Source: a virus
Lineage: Duplodnaviria; Caudoviricetes
Length of the DNA stretch: 61,829 nt
Virus record (IMG/VR): IMGVR_UViG_3300042934_000981
Span: 1-61,829 of that record
Reading direction: 5' to 3' (one strand)
Shown: in pieces, positions 28,248-38,071 of the stretch
Layout: each line of letters starts with the position of its first letter
How positions within the stretch are numbered: position 1 is the first letter of the stretch
Program-made: the position numbers and the translations under genes
The notes under the pieces: model-generated
What the model was told of the DNA's origin: nothing
What the model saw: only the letters and a program-made list of their open reading frames with translations
The model's database searches: none

Positions 28248-28829
28248 ATGGGCACCAGGACCGGAAACCCCACGTGGGAGAACTCGCCGTCCACGGCGTC
28301 TCCTCTCGAGGCGACTGCGCTGCAGGCCATCGAGGACGTCCTCGATGACTCCCCGTCGAACGCGGAGATGGTGGCGGCCCTCGACGAGCGCGCGCCGCTG
28401 GACTCCCCGAGCTTCACGGGTTCGCCGTCGGCCCCGACGCAGGCCGCCGGCACCGACAACACGACGATCGCGACGACCGAATTCGTCACGGATGCCGTGG
28501 CCGCGGCGAAGGGCCTCTACGTAGGCATCAACAACCAGACGGGCACCTCGTACGCCCCCGTCCTGGCGGACCGGGGCAAGATCGTCACGCTGTCCAACGC
28601 CTCGCCGATCACCGTCACGCTGCCCTCCGACGCCACGACCGCGTTCCCCATCGGCACGCAGATCGACCTCGTGGGCATCGGCGCCGGGCTCGTCACCTTC
28701 GTCGCCGGTGGCGGGGCGACCGTCAACGGCACACCTTCGCTGGTCACGCGCGCGCAGTTCTCCGCGGTGTCTGCGATCAAGCGCGCCGCGAACACATGGC
28801 TTCTCGTCGGGGATCTGGCGACACCGTGA
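28248..28829 (+). CDS. tail fibre-like minor tail protein
   Basis: APLDSPSFTG.P.APT...DNTTIATTEFV fibre repeat; INNQTGTSY...W.L.GDL. Confidence 0.75.
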   Translation: MGTRTGNPTWENSPSTASPLEATALQAIEDVLDDSPSNAEMVAALDERAPLDSPSFTGSPSAPTQAAGTDNTTIATTEFVTDAVAAAKGLYVGINNQTGTSYAPVLADRGKIVTLSNASPITVTLPSDATTAFPIGTQIDLVGIGAGLVTFVAGGGATVNGTPSLVTRAQFSAVSAIKRAANTWLLVGDLATP

Positions 28830-29524
28830 TCCCCGCCGGCATCGCTGCATCCGCGCGTGTCGCCCAGAGCGCGGGCAGCGCCTACGAGACGGAAGTCCTG
28901 GCCGACTCTCCGTTCTTCTACTTCCCCGGCGACGACACCGCCGCCCCGCCCGTCGACCAGATGGGCAACGTGGTCCCGACGTCCACGTCTGGGATCACGT
29001 TCGGCGACACGGGCGTCGGCGATCGGGCGACCGCCTTCGGCATCGGTGGCGCCGCATCGGCCGGCATCACCCTCCCCGCCCTCGCGGAGCTCGGGACGCC
29101 GACCGCGCTGACCATCGAGATCCTCGCGGTGATGGACGTCTGGGCGTCCGCCGATGAGATCTTCCGGTGGTCGAACGTCGTCTCGATTCGTCACGCCGGG
29201 ACCAACACCGGGGTGAACGCCTACTTCGGCGGCACCACGTCGGGCGCAGTGATCGGAACGGAGTACACCGTTCCGAATCTGAGTGCGGTGCACCACTGGG
29301 CAATCACCTGGGACGGGACCACGGCGAAGCTGTACGACAACGGCACCGAGGTCCGCTCCAAGGTGCTCCCGATCGGCGCCCCCGGCACCAACCTGGTGCT
29401 CGGCGGATCGCCGGATGCCACGAACCGTGCGATAGACGGTCGCTTCGGCGGCGTCGCCTGGTACACGTCAGCCCTGTCCGCCGCTCGAATCCTCGCCCAC
29501 GCTCAAGCCGCAGGAGTTGTCTGA
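28826..29524 (+). CDS. LamG/concanavalin A-like tail protein
   Basis: HHWAITWDGTTAKLYDNG...VAWYTSALS...ILAH. Confidence 0.75.
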   Translation: MIPAGIAASARVAQSAGSAYETEVLADSPFFYFPGDDTAAPPVDQMGNVVPTSTSGITFGDTGVGDRATAFGIGGAASAGITLPALAELGTPTALTIEILAVMDVWASADEIFRWSNVVSIRHAGTNTGVNAYFGGTTSGAVIGTEYTVPNLSAVHHWAITWDGTTAKLYDNGTEVRSKVLPIGAPGTNLVLGGSPDATNRAIDGRFGGVAWYTSALSAARILAHAQAAGVV

Positions 29525-29970
29525 TGCACGCACATGTCAGCGAAGGAGTCGTAGACCAGGTGGGCCGCCCGCCCCGCCTCGCCTACGACGGCACGCGGTG
29601 GTGGGACCTGCGCGCGCTCGACCCCGAGGTGCTCGCGATGGTCGGCTGGTTCCCGGTCACCGAGGCGGCCCGCCCCGCCGACACACCCACGACTACCTGG
29701 GATGCCACGTACACCGCCGCGGGTGACGTGGTGACGCAGGCGTGGGTGCAGCGCGCGAAGACGCCGCAGGAGCTCGCTGCGCAGACCGAGCAGGCGAACA
29801 TGACCAGCATCGAGGCGAACCTCCGGCAGGACCTCGCCGCCATGCAGACCATCGTGGACACCGCGAACGCCACCATCAAGGCGGACCCGCAGGTATACAT
29901 CAAGGATCTGGCCCGCGCTTTGCGCCGCATCGACAAGATGGTGCTGGGCGACTTCGGGACCGCCACCTGA
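29524..29970 (+). CDS. hypothetical tail-associated protein
   Basis: TGATG overlap; LA..GWFPV...RP motif. Confidence 0.65.
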   Translation: MHAHVSEGVVDQVGRPPRLAYDGTRWWDLRALDPEVLAMVGWFPVTEAARPADTPTTTWDATYTAAGDVVTQAWVQRAKTPQELAAQTEQANMTSIEANLRQDLAAMQTIVDTANATIKADPQVYIKDLARALRRIDKMVLGDFGTAT

Positions 29971-30043
29971 CGCGCCTCGCCCGCCGTCCCTGTGGTAGAG
30001 CGGCGGGCGTGGCAGAATAAGCCCCGACCGGAAGGGGCTTCTC

Positions 30044-31963
30044 ATGGGCTACGTCACTCCCACAGGCAAGCGCGAGATCAGCTGCACCTGGCAGTGTCAC
30101 CGAGATCGGCCGACACCCTCGAGCGAGCCGGGCACGGACTATGCCGGCCCGACCAGCGGCGGCTACGGCTCGCCCTGCTACGCCCCGGACAACGGCACCG
30201 TCGCCGACGTGAAGCACTCGAACACGAGCGCCACCGGCCGGTACGTGAAGATCAACCTCGACGACGGCAAGGGCACGCGCACGCTGCACATGGCCGAGGT
30301 GTGGGTCGCCGTCGGGCAGCGCGTCGCGCGCGGGCAGCAGGTCGGCAAGGTCGGCGGCTCGGCGAACGGCTCGGACCGCGGCGTCGGCAACCACGCCCAC
30401 CAGACCCTCTGGCCCACGCACGCATATGCGTTCGGCTCGAACGCCACCCTCGACTTCGACAAGTACGTGGGCGAGATCATCTCCGCCGGCTACCAGCGCC
30501 TCGTCGGCGCGAACGGCGCGAACTACCGCAGCGAACCGAAGGGCGCGTCGACCAAGGTCGACACCTTCAAGCCCGGGACGGTCACCGACTGGGACGGCTG
30601 GATCCACGGCGAATCCGTCGAGGGCAACGACGTCTGGTTCCGTGGCCGCTACACCGGCGGCTGGTCATGGTCCGGCGGCTTCACCGACCCGGGCACGCAC
30701 GACCTCGAAGACCTCAACCCGAAGGCCCCGACGCTGCAGCCCAACCAGCGCATCGCGGTGCCGGCCGGCGCGAACGGCCGCAAGGAACCGCGCCGGGATG
30801 CCGAGTTCGTCATGTCGGTCCCCGGTGGCGGCATCGGCACCTTCGACGGCTGGATCCACGGCGAAGAGGTCGAAGGCAACGACGTCTGGATCCGCGGCGC
30901 CGGCGAGGACCACGCCTGGTACTGGATCGGCGGCTGGGAAGACCCCACCACGCACAACATCCCGGACATGAACCCGGTCGCGCCGCCCGTGTCGTCCAAC
31001 CGGATCGTCGGCGCGAACTCGGCGAACGTTCGGGAGACGCCGTGGCTGACGTCGCCGTCGGTGCTGAGCGAGCAGCCCAACTCGACGATCATCATGAAGG
31101 GTTACGTCGTCAACGCCGAGCCCGTGCAGGGCAACGCGGTCTGGTTCGTGCGCGAGGACGGGCGCTACATGTGGTCGGGCGGCTTCACGTCGCAGGACAC
31201 CGCGGGCCTGCTCCTGATGGCGACCCCGCCGAAGCCGGAGCCGGCCGACAACCTGGATAACCCGGCCAACCTGCCGGAGTACACGCCGGTCTGGGCCGAG
31301 GCGCACAAGGGGCTCGAGGCGCCGCTGGGCTTCCAGCCCGACGGCACGCGCGCGCCTCGCACCTCGAAGGGCAGCCCTCCCGTCCCGACGACAGGCGTGA
31401 TCTCGTACCTGATCCTGCATCACTGCGCGACCACGGTCGACCAGCTGTACTGGTTCTCGACGAAGAACTCCCGCGACGTCTGCCCGTCGTACTACTTCCG
31501 CCCGTCCGGCAAGGTGTTCGAGCTCATCCGCCCGGGCGCGAAGCCGGCCACGACCGGCGCCCAGTGGAACTGGCGCTCGATCTCCATCGAGATGCTGAAC
31601 TCGTCCGGCGCTCCCGGCTGGGAGCTCACGGATGCGCAGCGCGAGATGGCTGCGCACCTGGCGGTGCGGATGCGCGAGGCTGTGGTCTACGAGGGTGGCG
31701 TCTGGGACGGCGCCCCGATCGACTTCGTCATCGACCGGCAGCACGTCATCGGCCACAACGAGGCGCTGCCGGGCACGACCGAGTGCCCGGGCCCCGACAT
31801 GGACGCGGACTGGATCGTCTCGCGCGCGCTCGAGCTCTGGGCTGAGAAGTACCCGCCCGTGCCCGAACCCACCACCGCCATCATCGACCGCGAGGATGCA
31901 GAGGAGGTGCTCGCTGCGGCTGAGCGCACGGCTGCCATCATGCGCGACGTGCTCGGGAAGTAA
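30044..31963 (+). CDS. endolysin: M23 peptidase + three SH3-like repeats + amidase_2
   Basis: GTDY..APDNGTV..LHM..V.VGQRV.RGQ.VG..G...HAH; GE.VEGNDVW-type repeat x3; ILHH, SISIE, IGH...ECPG. Confidence 0.9.
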   Translation: MGYVTPTGKREISCTWQCHRDRPTPSSEPGTDYAGPTSGGYGSPCYAPDNGTVADVKHSNTSATGRYVKINLDDGKGTRTLHMAEVWVAVGQRVARGQQVGKVGGSANGSDRGVGNHAHQTLWPTHAYAFGSNATLDFDKYVGEIISAGYQRLVGANGANYRSEPKGASTKVDTFKPGTVTDWDGWIHGESVEGNDVWFRGRYTGGWSWSGGFTDPGTHDLEDLNPKAPTLQPNQRIAVPAGANGRKEPRRDAEFVMSVPGGGIGTFDGWIHGEEVEGNDVWIRGAGEDHAWYWIGGWEDPTTHNIPDMNPVAPPVSSNRIVGANSANVRETPWLTSPSVLSEQPNSTIIMKGYVVNAEPVQGNAVWFVREDGRYMWSGGFTSQDTAGLLLMATPPKPEPADNLDNPANLPEYTPVWAEAHKGLEAPLGFQPDGTRAPRTSKGSPPVPTTGVISYLILHHCATTVDQLYWFSTKNSRDVCPSYYFRPSGKVFELIRPGAKPATTGAQWNWRSISIEMLNSSGAPGWELTDAQREMAAHLAVRMREAVVYEGGVWDGAPIDFVIDRQHVIGHNEALPGTTECPGPDMDADWIVSRALELWAEKYPPVPEPTTAIIDREDAEEVLAAAERTAAIMRDVLGK

Positions 31964-31968
31964 GGGCC

Positions 31969-32334
31969 GTGACGGAAGGCACCATCCCACCCTGGGTCGA
32001 CTTCGTTCTCGACAGGATGGACAAGCAATTCGAGGCGCAGGGGGCGCGCCTCGACAAGCTGGTGACCCAGGATGCCTTCCGGCAAGAGCAGACCCGAGTG
32101 AACGAGCGTCTCACCGCGCACGACCGTGAGCATGGGGATCACAAGGCGGCGATCCAGGCGGAAGCCACGGCTCGGGCCACGGAGAATACCCTGCGTATGC
32201 AGCAGGAGAACGCACAGAAGGAGAAGATCATCGCCACGCAGAAGCAGACGCAGTGGCAGTGGCTTCTCATCCTTGCCGGCCCGGTTGTGGGTTGGCTCGC
32301 TGGGGGACTATTGCCACCGCTGGGGGGGCCATGA
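31969..32334 (+). CDS. membrane protein (lysis cassette)
   Basis: coiled coil plus C-terminal TM segment. Confidence 0.7.
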   Translation: MTEGTIPPWVDFVLDRMDKQFEAQGARLDKLVTQDAFRQEQTRVNERLTAHDREHGDHKAAIQAEATARATENTLRMQQENAQKEKIIATQKQTQWQWLLILAGPVVGWLAGGLLPPLGGP

Positions 32335-33083
32335 CACACGACGATGAACCGGAACCGACCATCATGGAGCCCGTGACGCCGGGGACGATCACGCTCCCGC
32401 CGGCCGAGACGAAGTACAAGGTGCCGTGGGTGCTGTACCTCTCGGCGGCCGCGCTGGTCGGCGTGATGATCTTCGTGATGTTCGGCTGGATCGGGGATCT
32501 GACCCAGCGGAACGAGCGGCTGAACGCGCGCATCAGCGACCAGGCCGACATCATCGCCGAGAAGGACGATCGGATCGACGCGCTGACCGAGGATCTGATC
32601 GCGTCGCAGGAGAACGCGCAGAGCCTCTACGACCAGCTGCTCGCTACGGGCCAGGCGCCAGAGGGCGTCGACCCCGAAGTGCTCGTGCCCTCGATCCCCG
32701 GCCCGTCAGGTCCGTCTGGCCCGAGCGGTCCCGCCGGCCGACCGCCGACGGCGTCCGAGATCTCGTTCGCCGTCCAGCAATTCTGCATGGTGCAGATCTG
32801 CACCGGGCCCGCCGGTCCCGCTGGTGAGCCCGGCACTCCCGGTACCCCAGGGACCCCGGGCGAGAGCATCGTCGGGGCGCAGGGCGAGCCCGGTCCTGCC
32901 GGTCCGCAGGGCGAGCCCGGAGCGCCAGGTCCGGCCGGCACCCCTGGGCCCGCCTGCCCCGAGGGGTATACCCTGCAGGCGGTGACGATCGCCACGTACG
33001 GGGACGGATCCCCCGTCCCCGACCAGCAGACATCAGCGGTCGTCTGCACCCTGCCCCCCGCCACCGAACAACCGACGGAATGA
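32331..33083 (+). CDS. membrane-anchored coiled-coil, collagen-like protein
   Basis: single TM, coiled coil, Gly-X-Y tracts, four Cys. Confidence 0.75.
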   Translation: MTHDDEPEPTIMEPVTPGTITLPPAETKYKVPWVLYLSAAALVGVMIFVMFGWIGDLTQRNERLNARISDQADIIAEKDDRIDALTEDLIASQENAQSLYDQLLATGQAPEGVDPEVLVPSIPGPSGPSGPSGPAGRPPTASEISFAVQQFCMVQICTGPAGPAGEPGTPGTPGTPGESIVGAQGEPGPAGPQGEPGAPGPAGTPGPACPEGYTLQAVTIATYGDGSPVPDQQTSAVVCTLPPATEQPTE

Positions 33084-33090
33084 GACGAAC

Positions 33091-33573
33091 ATGATCCTCA
33101 GCAAGTACGCGGTCGCGGCCATCCAGGTCGTCACCGTCATCGTCACCTCTATGGTCGCGTCGCTCGCCGACAACACCCTCACCACCGCCGAGGTCTGGCA
33201 GATCGCCGTCATCGGCATCGGCGCCATCGGCTCGGTCGTGGTGCCCCTGCTCGAGAAGGGCCCCGCCGGTCTACTCAAGTTCGCGCTGGCTGTCGCCGGC
33301 GCGATCGCAGCGGCCATCGTGCCCGTCGTGGACACCGCGAACGGCGGTGCCGGCTGGACGGCATCCGCCTTCCTGATCGTGCTGCTCGCGGGCCTCAACG
33401 CCGCGCTCACTGCGCTCGGTGTCAGCGTGCGCATGGATGCCGTGAAGGAGGCTCTCGCGTCGCCGGATATCTCTGACCGTGCGACGGTCGCTGTCGACCA
33501 GCCGGCCGTCAAGGTCGCTGTCGCGCACGGCGCGGACGTCGTGAGTGCACCCGCTGCAGACGCGGTCGGCTGA
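33091..33573 (+). CDS. holin-like protein
   Basis: four hydrophobic segments; end of lysis cassette. Confidence 0.7.
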   Translation: MILSKYAVAAIQVVTVIVTSMVASLADNTLTTAEVWQIAVIGIGAIGSVVVPLLEKGPAGLLKFALAVAGAIAAAIVPVVDTANGGAGWTASAFLIVLLAGLNAALTALGVSVRMDAVKEALASPDISDRATVAVDQPAVKVAVAHGADVVSAPAADAVG

Positions 33574-33635
33574 GCGTGTAGCCTGATCGCAGATCACCGG
33601 CCAGCGGGGGGTTCCATCGGCCGAGATCCCTCCCC

Positions 33636-33670
33636 ACGAAGGGCCCGCGTTCCCAGCGCGGGCCCTTCGT
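33636..33670. terminator. bidirectional terminator between the two genome arms
   Basis: ACGAAGGGCCCGCG-7-CGCGGGCCCTTCGT. Confidence 0.85.
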
Positions 33671-33919
33671 TCATGTGTCTCGGTTTCGCAGCCCCGGGAT
33701 GTCCCGTGAGGGCGGCCGCACCCAGTCACCCTCGCCGCGGGCGAGCGCTGCCTGCGCGTTGCGGTGCATCACCTCGCCCATGAGCCGGTGCCCCTCGTCG
33801 TGCACCACGATCCACGTCGTCGTGCGCTTCTGCCCGTTGCCGAGCTTGCGCGTCTCGGACTCTTCGTGCGCCAGCCCGAGCGCGACGAGCTCGGGCGCGG
33901 TGGGCACATGCTCGGTCAT
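33671..33919 (-). CDS. hypothetical protein
   Basis: ATGA overlap, GAGGA RBS. Confidence 0.6.
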   Translation of the reverse strand: MTEHVPTAPELVALGLAHEESETRKLGNGQKRTTTWIVVHDEGHRLMGEVMHRNAQAALARGEGDWVRPPSRDIPGLRNRDT

Positions 33920-34326
33920 GCCGTCCTCAGGTGTGTGAACGATTCGCATCGCGCCGGCGGCGCGACATCGTGGTGATGCCAGTAGAGCTCCTCGCTGCGC
34001 CGGATCGCCTGCCACACGCGGCGCCACTCGAGCGCGGCCTCGGGCCGGTTGCCGACGACGCTGTGCACGGTGCACGTCGAGATGCGCAGATCCTCCGCGA
34101 TCCAGTTGGTCGGCATCCCCTCGTCGGCGAGCTGCCGGATGCGCTTGACCTCGAGCGTGGTGAGGACTGCGTGCTGCTGCAACGGCTCGCGCAACCCGTA
34201 GCGCAGGATCTTGCGTTGCAGGGTCGCGACGGCGATGCCGGTGCGACGGGAGATCTCGTATTCATCGAGCCCCTCGTCGACGAACATCGTCGTGAGAGCC
34301 GCTCGGGAGAGCAATTCACGGGGCAT
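33916..34326 (-). CDS. double HTH DNA-binding protein
   Basis: EGLDEYEISRRTGIAVATLQR and EGMPTNWIAEDLRISTCTV. Confidence 0.7.
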   Translation of the reverse strand: MPRELLSRAALTTMFVDEGLDEYEISRRTGIAVATLQRKILRYGLREPLQQHAVLTTLEVKRIRQLADEGMPTNWIAEDLRISTCTVHSVVGNRPEAALEWRRVWQAIRRSEELYWHHHDVAPPARCESFTHLRTA

Positions 34327-34402
34327 GGGGGGTCCTTTCCGGGATTCGTGGCACGGCTGAGGGCAGGCCAGGCGCTCTGTGACGATCTGAGAGGGGGTAG
34401 CC

Positions 34403-34666
34403 CTACCCCACGTGGTCGGGGGTCCGACGCGTTAGACGGCGTTTTTCGGCACGTCGGACTTCGAGGCGGAATTGCGTGACGAGCATCACCACCAGCGCGA
34501 TGTTCAGCAGGCAGGCTGCGATGTACCAGTACGACCATCCGTCCTGATCCGCGAGGTACTGCAGCGACTGTGTGAACGTGTTCATCACGCCGTAGCTCGA
34601 GGGCACGAGCAGCACGACCATGCGGATGAACGCCCAGCGGACGTCAGGGTCGCGGAGGTAGCGCAC
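34403..34666 (-). CDS. membrane protein
   Basis: two TM segments. Confidence 0.65.
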   Translation of the reverse strand: MRYLRDPDVRWAFIRMVVLLVPSSYGVMNTFTQSLQYLADQDGWSYWYIAACLLNIALVVMLVTQFRLEVRRAEKRRLTRRTPDHVG

Positions 34667-34958
34667 GGCTCTCCAAGGTGGTCAGGTGGTCGACGACGTC
34701 GAACCACGAGCGGAAGGTGTCGTCGTCGAGGATCGAGACCGCGCCCTCGGGTGTGATCATGAGCCACTGACGCTCGCGCATCAGGTGGCCGGTGGGCAGC
34801 TCGATCTCGAACGAGAACCCCATCAGCCGTGAGCTCGCTCGATCGATCTGGCCATGCTGGTGCAGCCGGCCGCGGACGAGATCGGTGATCTCGACGCGAT
34901 TCTCGTACGTCAGCTGCACTGCCTGGATGCCGTGGCGCGCGATGACGTCACGGATCAT
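34644..34958 (-). CDS. hypothetical protein
   Basis: AAGGAG RBS, ATGA overlap (MIRDVIARHG...). Confidence 0.65.
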   Translation of the reverse strand: MIRDVIARHGIQAVQLTYENRVEITDLVRGRLHQHGQIDRASSRLMGFSFEIELPTGHLMRERQWLMITPEGAVSILDDDTFRSWFDVVDHLTTLESRALPPRP

Positions 34959-35260
34959 CGCCACTCCTTGCCGTGGCCCGGGCTCATCTGGCGCCAGATC
35001 GGATCGCGCCAGATGAGCGTTCTGGCGGCACGCCAGCGGATGCCGCAGGGGACGCGCGGTGGGCTCTTGTAGCTCGGTGCGCGCCAGGCGGGCGGCGGCT
35101 CGGGAGGCCGCAGACCGTGTGTGCAGATGATCTCGGTGCCGACGGGGAAGTCTTTCGCCGGGGGGAGATTGCACACGTGCGGCCCTATGGGCGCCGGGGC
35201 GAGCTCCCACTCGCGCTGATCCCGAGGCCGATCCGTCTCGTCCATCTGCTCGGTGGTCAC
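34955..35260 (-). CDS. hypothetical protein
   Basis: 4-nt overlaps; HVCNLP..CTH..CG.RW. Confidence 0.6.
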   Translation of the reverse strand: MTTEQMDETDRPRDQREWELAPAPIGPHVCNLPPAKDFPVGTEIICTHGLRPPEPPPAWRAPSYKSPPRVPCGIRWRAARTLIWRDPIWRQMSPGHGKEWR

Positions 35261-35424
35261 ATGATCACCAACTCGGGGTGGTCGTGCGGCACCCGGGCCT
35301 CGCCGACGTGCGTGGCGAGCTTCACCCAGTAGTGGCCCTCAGCGTCCTCGTCGCCGATCTCGCGGACGAGCGCGGCCGCACCCTTGAACACGACCGCCTG
35401 TCCGACCCTGATCTTGTCTTTCAC
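35257..35424 (-). CDS. small hypothetical protein (MKDKIRVGQ...)
   Basis: GAGGAGG RBS; GTGA overlaps. Confidence 0.6.
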   Translation of the reverse strand: MKDKIRVGQAVVFKGAAALVREIGDEDAEGHYWVKLATHVGEARVPHDHPELVIM

Positions 35425-35576
35425 AGCGCAACCTCCTCTTCATCCGGCCCGATCATGAGCGTGATCTCCACGCCCTCGAGAGCAAGGCCGGCGGCCGCAC
35501 GAGCGAAGTGCTCGGTCGAGCGCGCCACCTGCTCGGGATCGGTGGTGGTCATCATGAGCGTGATGCGTGTGGTCAT
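35421..35576 (-). CDS. small hypothetical protein (MTTRITL...)
   Basis: 4-nt overlaps on both sides. Confidence 0.6.
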   Translation of the reverse strand: MTTRITLMMTTTDPEQVARSTEHFARAAAGLALEGVEITLMIGPDEEEVAL

Positions 35577-35809
35577 TCCGGGTCCTTCGGTCGTAGTGCA
35601 GGGATGGCGACGCTCGTCATCCCGGGGAGCTTCTCCATGCCGGCCGCCACGGGCGCGTCATCCCGAGGGGCGAGCACCTCGAAGATCGCGACACCCTTCT
35701 CGTCGCGGCCGGCATAGACGGTGGGCACATTCGTGTACCGCGCGCCGTCGGCGTACTCGAGCCAGACGCCCGTCGGCGCCGGCGGGGTCTCGGGCTCGGT
35801 GTCGGTCAT
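35573..35809 (-). CDS. hypothetical protein
   Basis: 4-nt overlaps. Confidence 0.6.
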   Translation of the reverse strand: MTDTEPETPPAPTGVWLEYADGARYTNVPTVYAGRDEKGVAIFEVLAPRDDAPVAAGMEKLPGMTSVAIPALRPKDPE

Positions 35810-35994
35810 CGCTTCTCGCGGAACTGGATGCGGATCTCGATGCCGGCCGTGGCGAGCACGTCAGCCACATCCGCGAGCGGGATGTGGCTGATCGACGACG
35901 GCTGGATCAGGTCGGCCCATCCGTCCGCGTTGATCGGCGTCGGCTTCGGTGGCAGCGGCGGCAGCGGGATCAGCCGCGGCGGGTCATCGCTCAT
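35806..35994 (-). CDS. hypothetical protein
   Basis: 4-nt overlaps (MSDDPPRL...). Confidence 0.55.
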   Translation of the reverse strand: MSDDPPRLIPLPPLPPKPTPINADGWADLIQPSSISHIPLADVADVLATAGIEIRIQFREKR

Positions 35995-36152
35995 CGCGCC
36001 ATCACCCGCCTGACCCACACGCTCGCCTGCAGGATCCCCTCGAGCCGCGTGCGGATGAGCTTCGCCCGGAAGAACCGCGGCGCCATGACCACGACGTAGC
36101 CGCCCAGGCGGTGCGTGACGATGTGCACGCTGATCCGCTCGCCGGCGCTCAT
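35991..36152 (-). CDS. small hypothetical protein (MSAGERIS...)
   Basis: 4-nt overlaps. Confidence 0.55.
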   Translation of the reverse strand: MSAGERISVHIVTHRLGGYVVVMAPRFFRAKLIRTRLEGILQASVWVRRVMAR

Positions 36153-36571
36153 GATGCGTCCCCCGCGGCTTCGAGAGCGGCTCGGGCAACGGCCTCTGTG
36201 CTCTCGACCTGGGTTCCGTAGACACTCCGAATGACCTTCTCAACCGCCGCTACCTGTGTGTCCGTGATCGGCCCCCGCCGGCGGAAGCCAGCGGCGAGGA
36301 TCGCGGTAGCGATGTGCACGCGGAGGTAGCCGGGGTCCAATGTCTTGGCGCCGTACTGCGGATGTACCCAGCCACACGAGCATCTCCACGCATGAAACCA
36401 GTGCTGGTCGAGCACCTGTGCCAGCGCCTCGCGCTCTTCGTCCACGGGCGGGGCGGCCAGGCGGTCGAGTTCGTCGAGCACGACGCGGATATCCAGGAGC
36501 GTCTCGCGGTCCATGTAGTGCGTCACCAGCGTCTCGCGCAGGTTGGTGCGGGCAGTGTCGACGGTGCTCAT
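36149..36571 (-). CDS. hypothetical protein
   Basis: GGAGGG RBS; CSCG...H.A.AILAAGFRR motif. Confidence 0.65.
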   Translation of the reverse strand: MSTVDTARTNLRETLVTHYMDRETLLDIRVVLDELDRLAAPPVDEEREALAQVLDQHWFHAWRCSCGWVHPQYGAKTLDPGYLRVHIATAILAAGFRRRGPITDTQVAAVEKVIRSVYGTQVESTEAVARAALEAAGDAS

Positions 36572-37533
36572 GATCCCTCCGTCGGCAGCGGACCGGCGTC
36601 CACCACGTTGATCCGCCCCGCCGGCCACGACACCATCGGGCCTTCCTCAAACCGGCCCTCGATCCCGACGAGCTCCGTGCGCGCCTCGGCCTTCATGTTC
36701 TTGCCCATCGTCTCGAGCTTGCGTCCCTCGATGTAGCGCTTCGCGGCCGACAGGTGGTTCGGATCCCGCAGCAGCTCTTCCGGCGCCCAGCTGCTCCCGC
36801 CCCAGCACTTGAACCGGCGCGGGCACTCGACCTTCGCGGAGAAGCAGAAGCTCGGCGTGAAGTCGCGCAGCCGGTGGATCTGCTCCATGTCGCCCGACTG
36901 CTCGAACGCCTTCTGCGCGGCGACGACCTCGCGGAGCCGCTGCTGCGCCAGCATGTAGAAGTTCTGGATCGCCTCCCACGGCACGATGATCGCGACGAAC
37001 TCCTGCACGTCGCCGGTGCGGTCGTAGTAGATGATCCGGCCGGTGGCGCCGGGCGCGAGGACGCCCGACTGCACGAGGCCCATCACGTACAGCGCGATCT
37101 GGATGAGGTACGCCAGCTTCGGGCCCTCGTACAGCACCGAGCCCATCGCCGCCGTCGACTTGAGGTCGCCGACGAGGTTGGACACGACGTCGCCCTCCAC
37201 CCAGATGAGGTCGCTTGCACCGGACACCTGCACGCCCAGCTGCTCGAGCGTCACGGTCACGCGCTGCTGCGTCACCGCATCCAGCCGCTTGCCGAAGATC
37301 CGCTCGAGCTCATCGCCCATCACGGTGCCGATGTGCGCGGCGAGCGACCAGTGCTCTTCCGGCGCATCGTCCTCGGCCGGCTCGAAGAACTTCGAGCGCA
37401 GGAGCTCGCGGCATCCGCCGACCTCGCTCGGTCCGACGAGCCGCTGCTTCGTGCGCGGTCGCTCGTTCTGCTCCGCGATCACTGCGGTGAGCAGGATCTT
37501 CTCGAGCTTGACGTCACGCTCCCACTGGGGCAT
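36568..37533 (-). CDS. Cas4-like PD-(D/E)XK exonuclease
   Basis: GPSEVGGCR, G..D...DLKS, QIALY, C-terminal C......C.....C (1+3 Cys Fe-S pattern). Confidence 0.85.
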   Translation of the reverse strand: MPQWERDVKLEKILLTAVIAEQNERPRTKQRLVGPSEVGGCRELLRSKFFEPAEDDAPEEHWSLAAHIGTVMGDELERIFGKRLDAVTQQRVTVTLEQLGVQVSGASDLIWVEGDVVSNLVGDLKSTAAMGSVLYEGPKLAYLIQIALYVMGLVQSGVLAPGATGRIIYYDRTGDVQEFVAIIVPWEAIQNFYMLAQQRLREVVAAQKAFEQSGDMEQIHRLRDFTPSFCFSAKVECPRRFKCWGGSSWAPEELLRDPNHLSAAKRYIEGRKLETMGKNMKAEARTELVGIEGRFEEGPMVSWPAGRINVVDAGPLPTEGS

Positions 37534-37738
37534 GAGCTCCTCCGTCCACGATCGTCAGCGTGACCCGGTTCGGCCGGCCGCACTCGATCCACTGGTTCAC
37601 CGGCATCTCGATCTTGATGTCGGCCTGGCTGTGCGTGAACCGCGCGAACGCCCCCTCGCCGAGGTCGCTGGCGCGCTTCACCCGCTCGAGCAGGAGATCC
37701 CACTCCCACGTCGTCGGCTCGTCCTTCTGATCAGGCAT
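37514..37738 (-). CDS. hypothetical protein
   Basis: GAAGG RBS, packed operon. Confidence 0.6.
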   Translation of the reverse strand: MPDQKDEPTTWEWDLLLERVKRASDLGEGAFARFTHSQADIKIEMPVNQWIECGRPNRVTLTIVDGGAHAPVGA

Positions 37739-37892
37739 GCTCGACCTTCTTCCCGGTGTTGAATGTGGCGGCGGCCTCGCGCGCCTCCGCCTCCGACTCG
37801 TAGTGCTCGGCCTTGACGGCCGAGATCGTCCCGCCCTTGACCACGAACGCGACGCGGTGCCGGCCGTCTGCGATGATCGCGACCCAGGGCAT
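37731..37892 (-). CDS. small hypothetical protein (MPWVAII...)
   Basis: GGAGGG RBS; TGATG overlap. Confidence 0.6.
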   Translation of the reverse strand: MPWVAIIADGRHRVAFVVKGGTISAVKAEHYESEAEAREAAATFNTGKKVEHA

Positions 37893-38071
37893 CAGCCCTC
37901 CCTCGAGCGCAGCTCGCGCAGCGTCTCGTGGAGCTCTGCGTGCGCCTTGTCGAGCAGGTTCTCGAGCCGCGTGGCGTCAACATCGGGCCACTCGCTCATC
38001 GATTCGCGCGTGATGCTGGCGCTCTTGCCGTCCTCTTCGACCGAGATCGTGACGTAGGTGCGCCTGGCCAT
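37892..38071 (-). CDS. small hypothetical protein (MARRTYV...)
   Basis: TGATG overlaps. Confidence 0.6.
   Translation of the reverse strand: MARRTYVTISVEEDGKSASITRESMSEWPDVDATRLENLLDKAHAELHETLRELRSREG

Noticed and set aside
36568-37533. CRISPR-Cas system from the Cas4-like gene
   Set aside because: No cas1/cas2 or array; stand-alone Cas4-like nucleases are common in phage recombination modules
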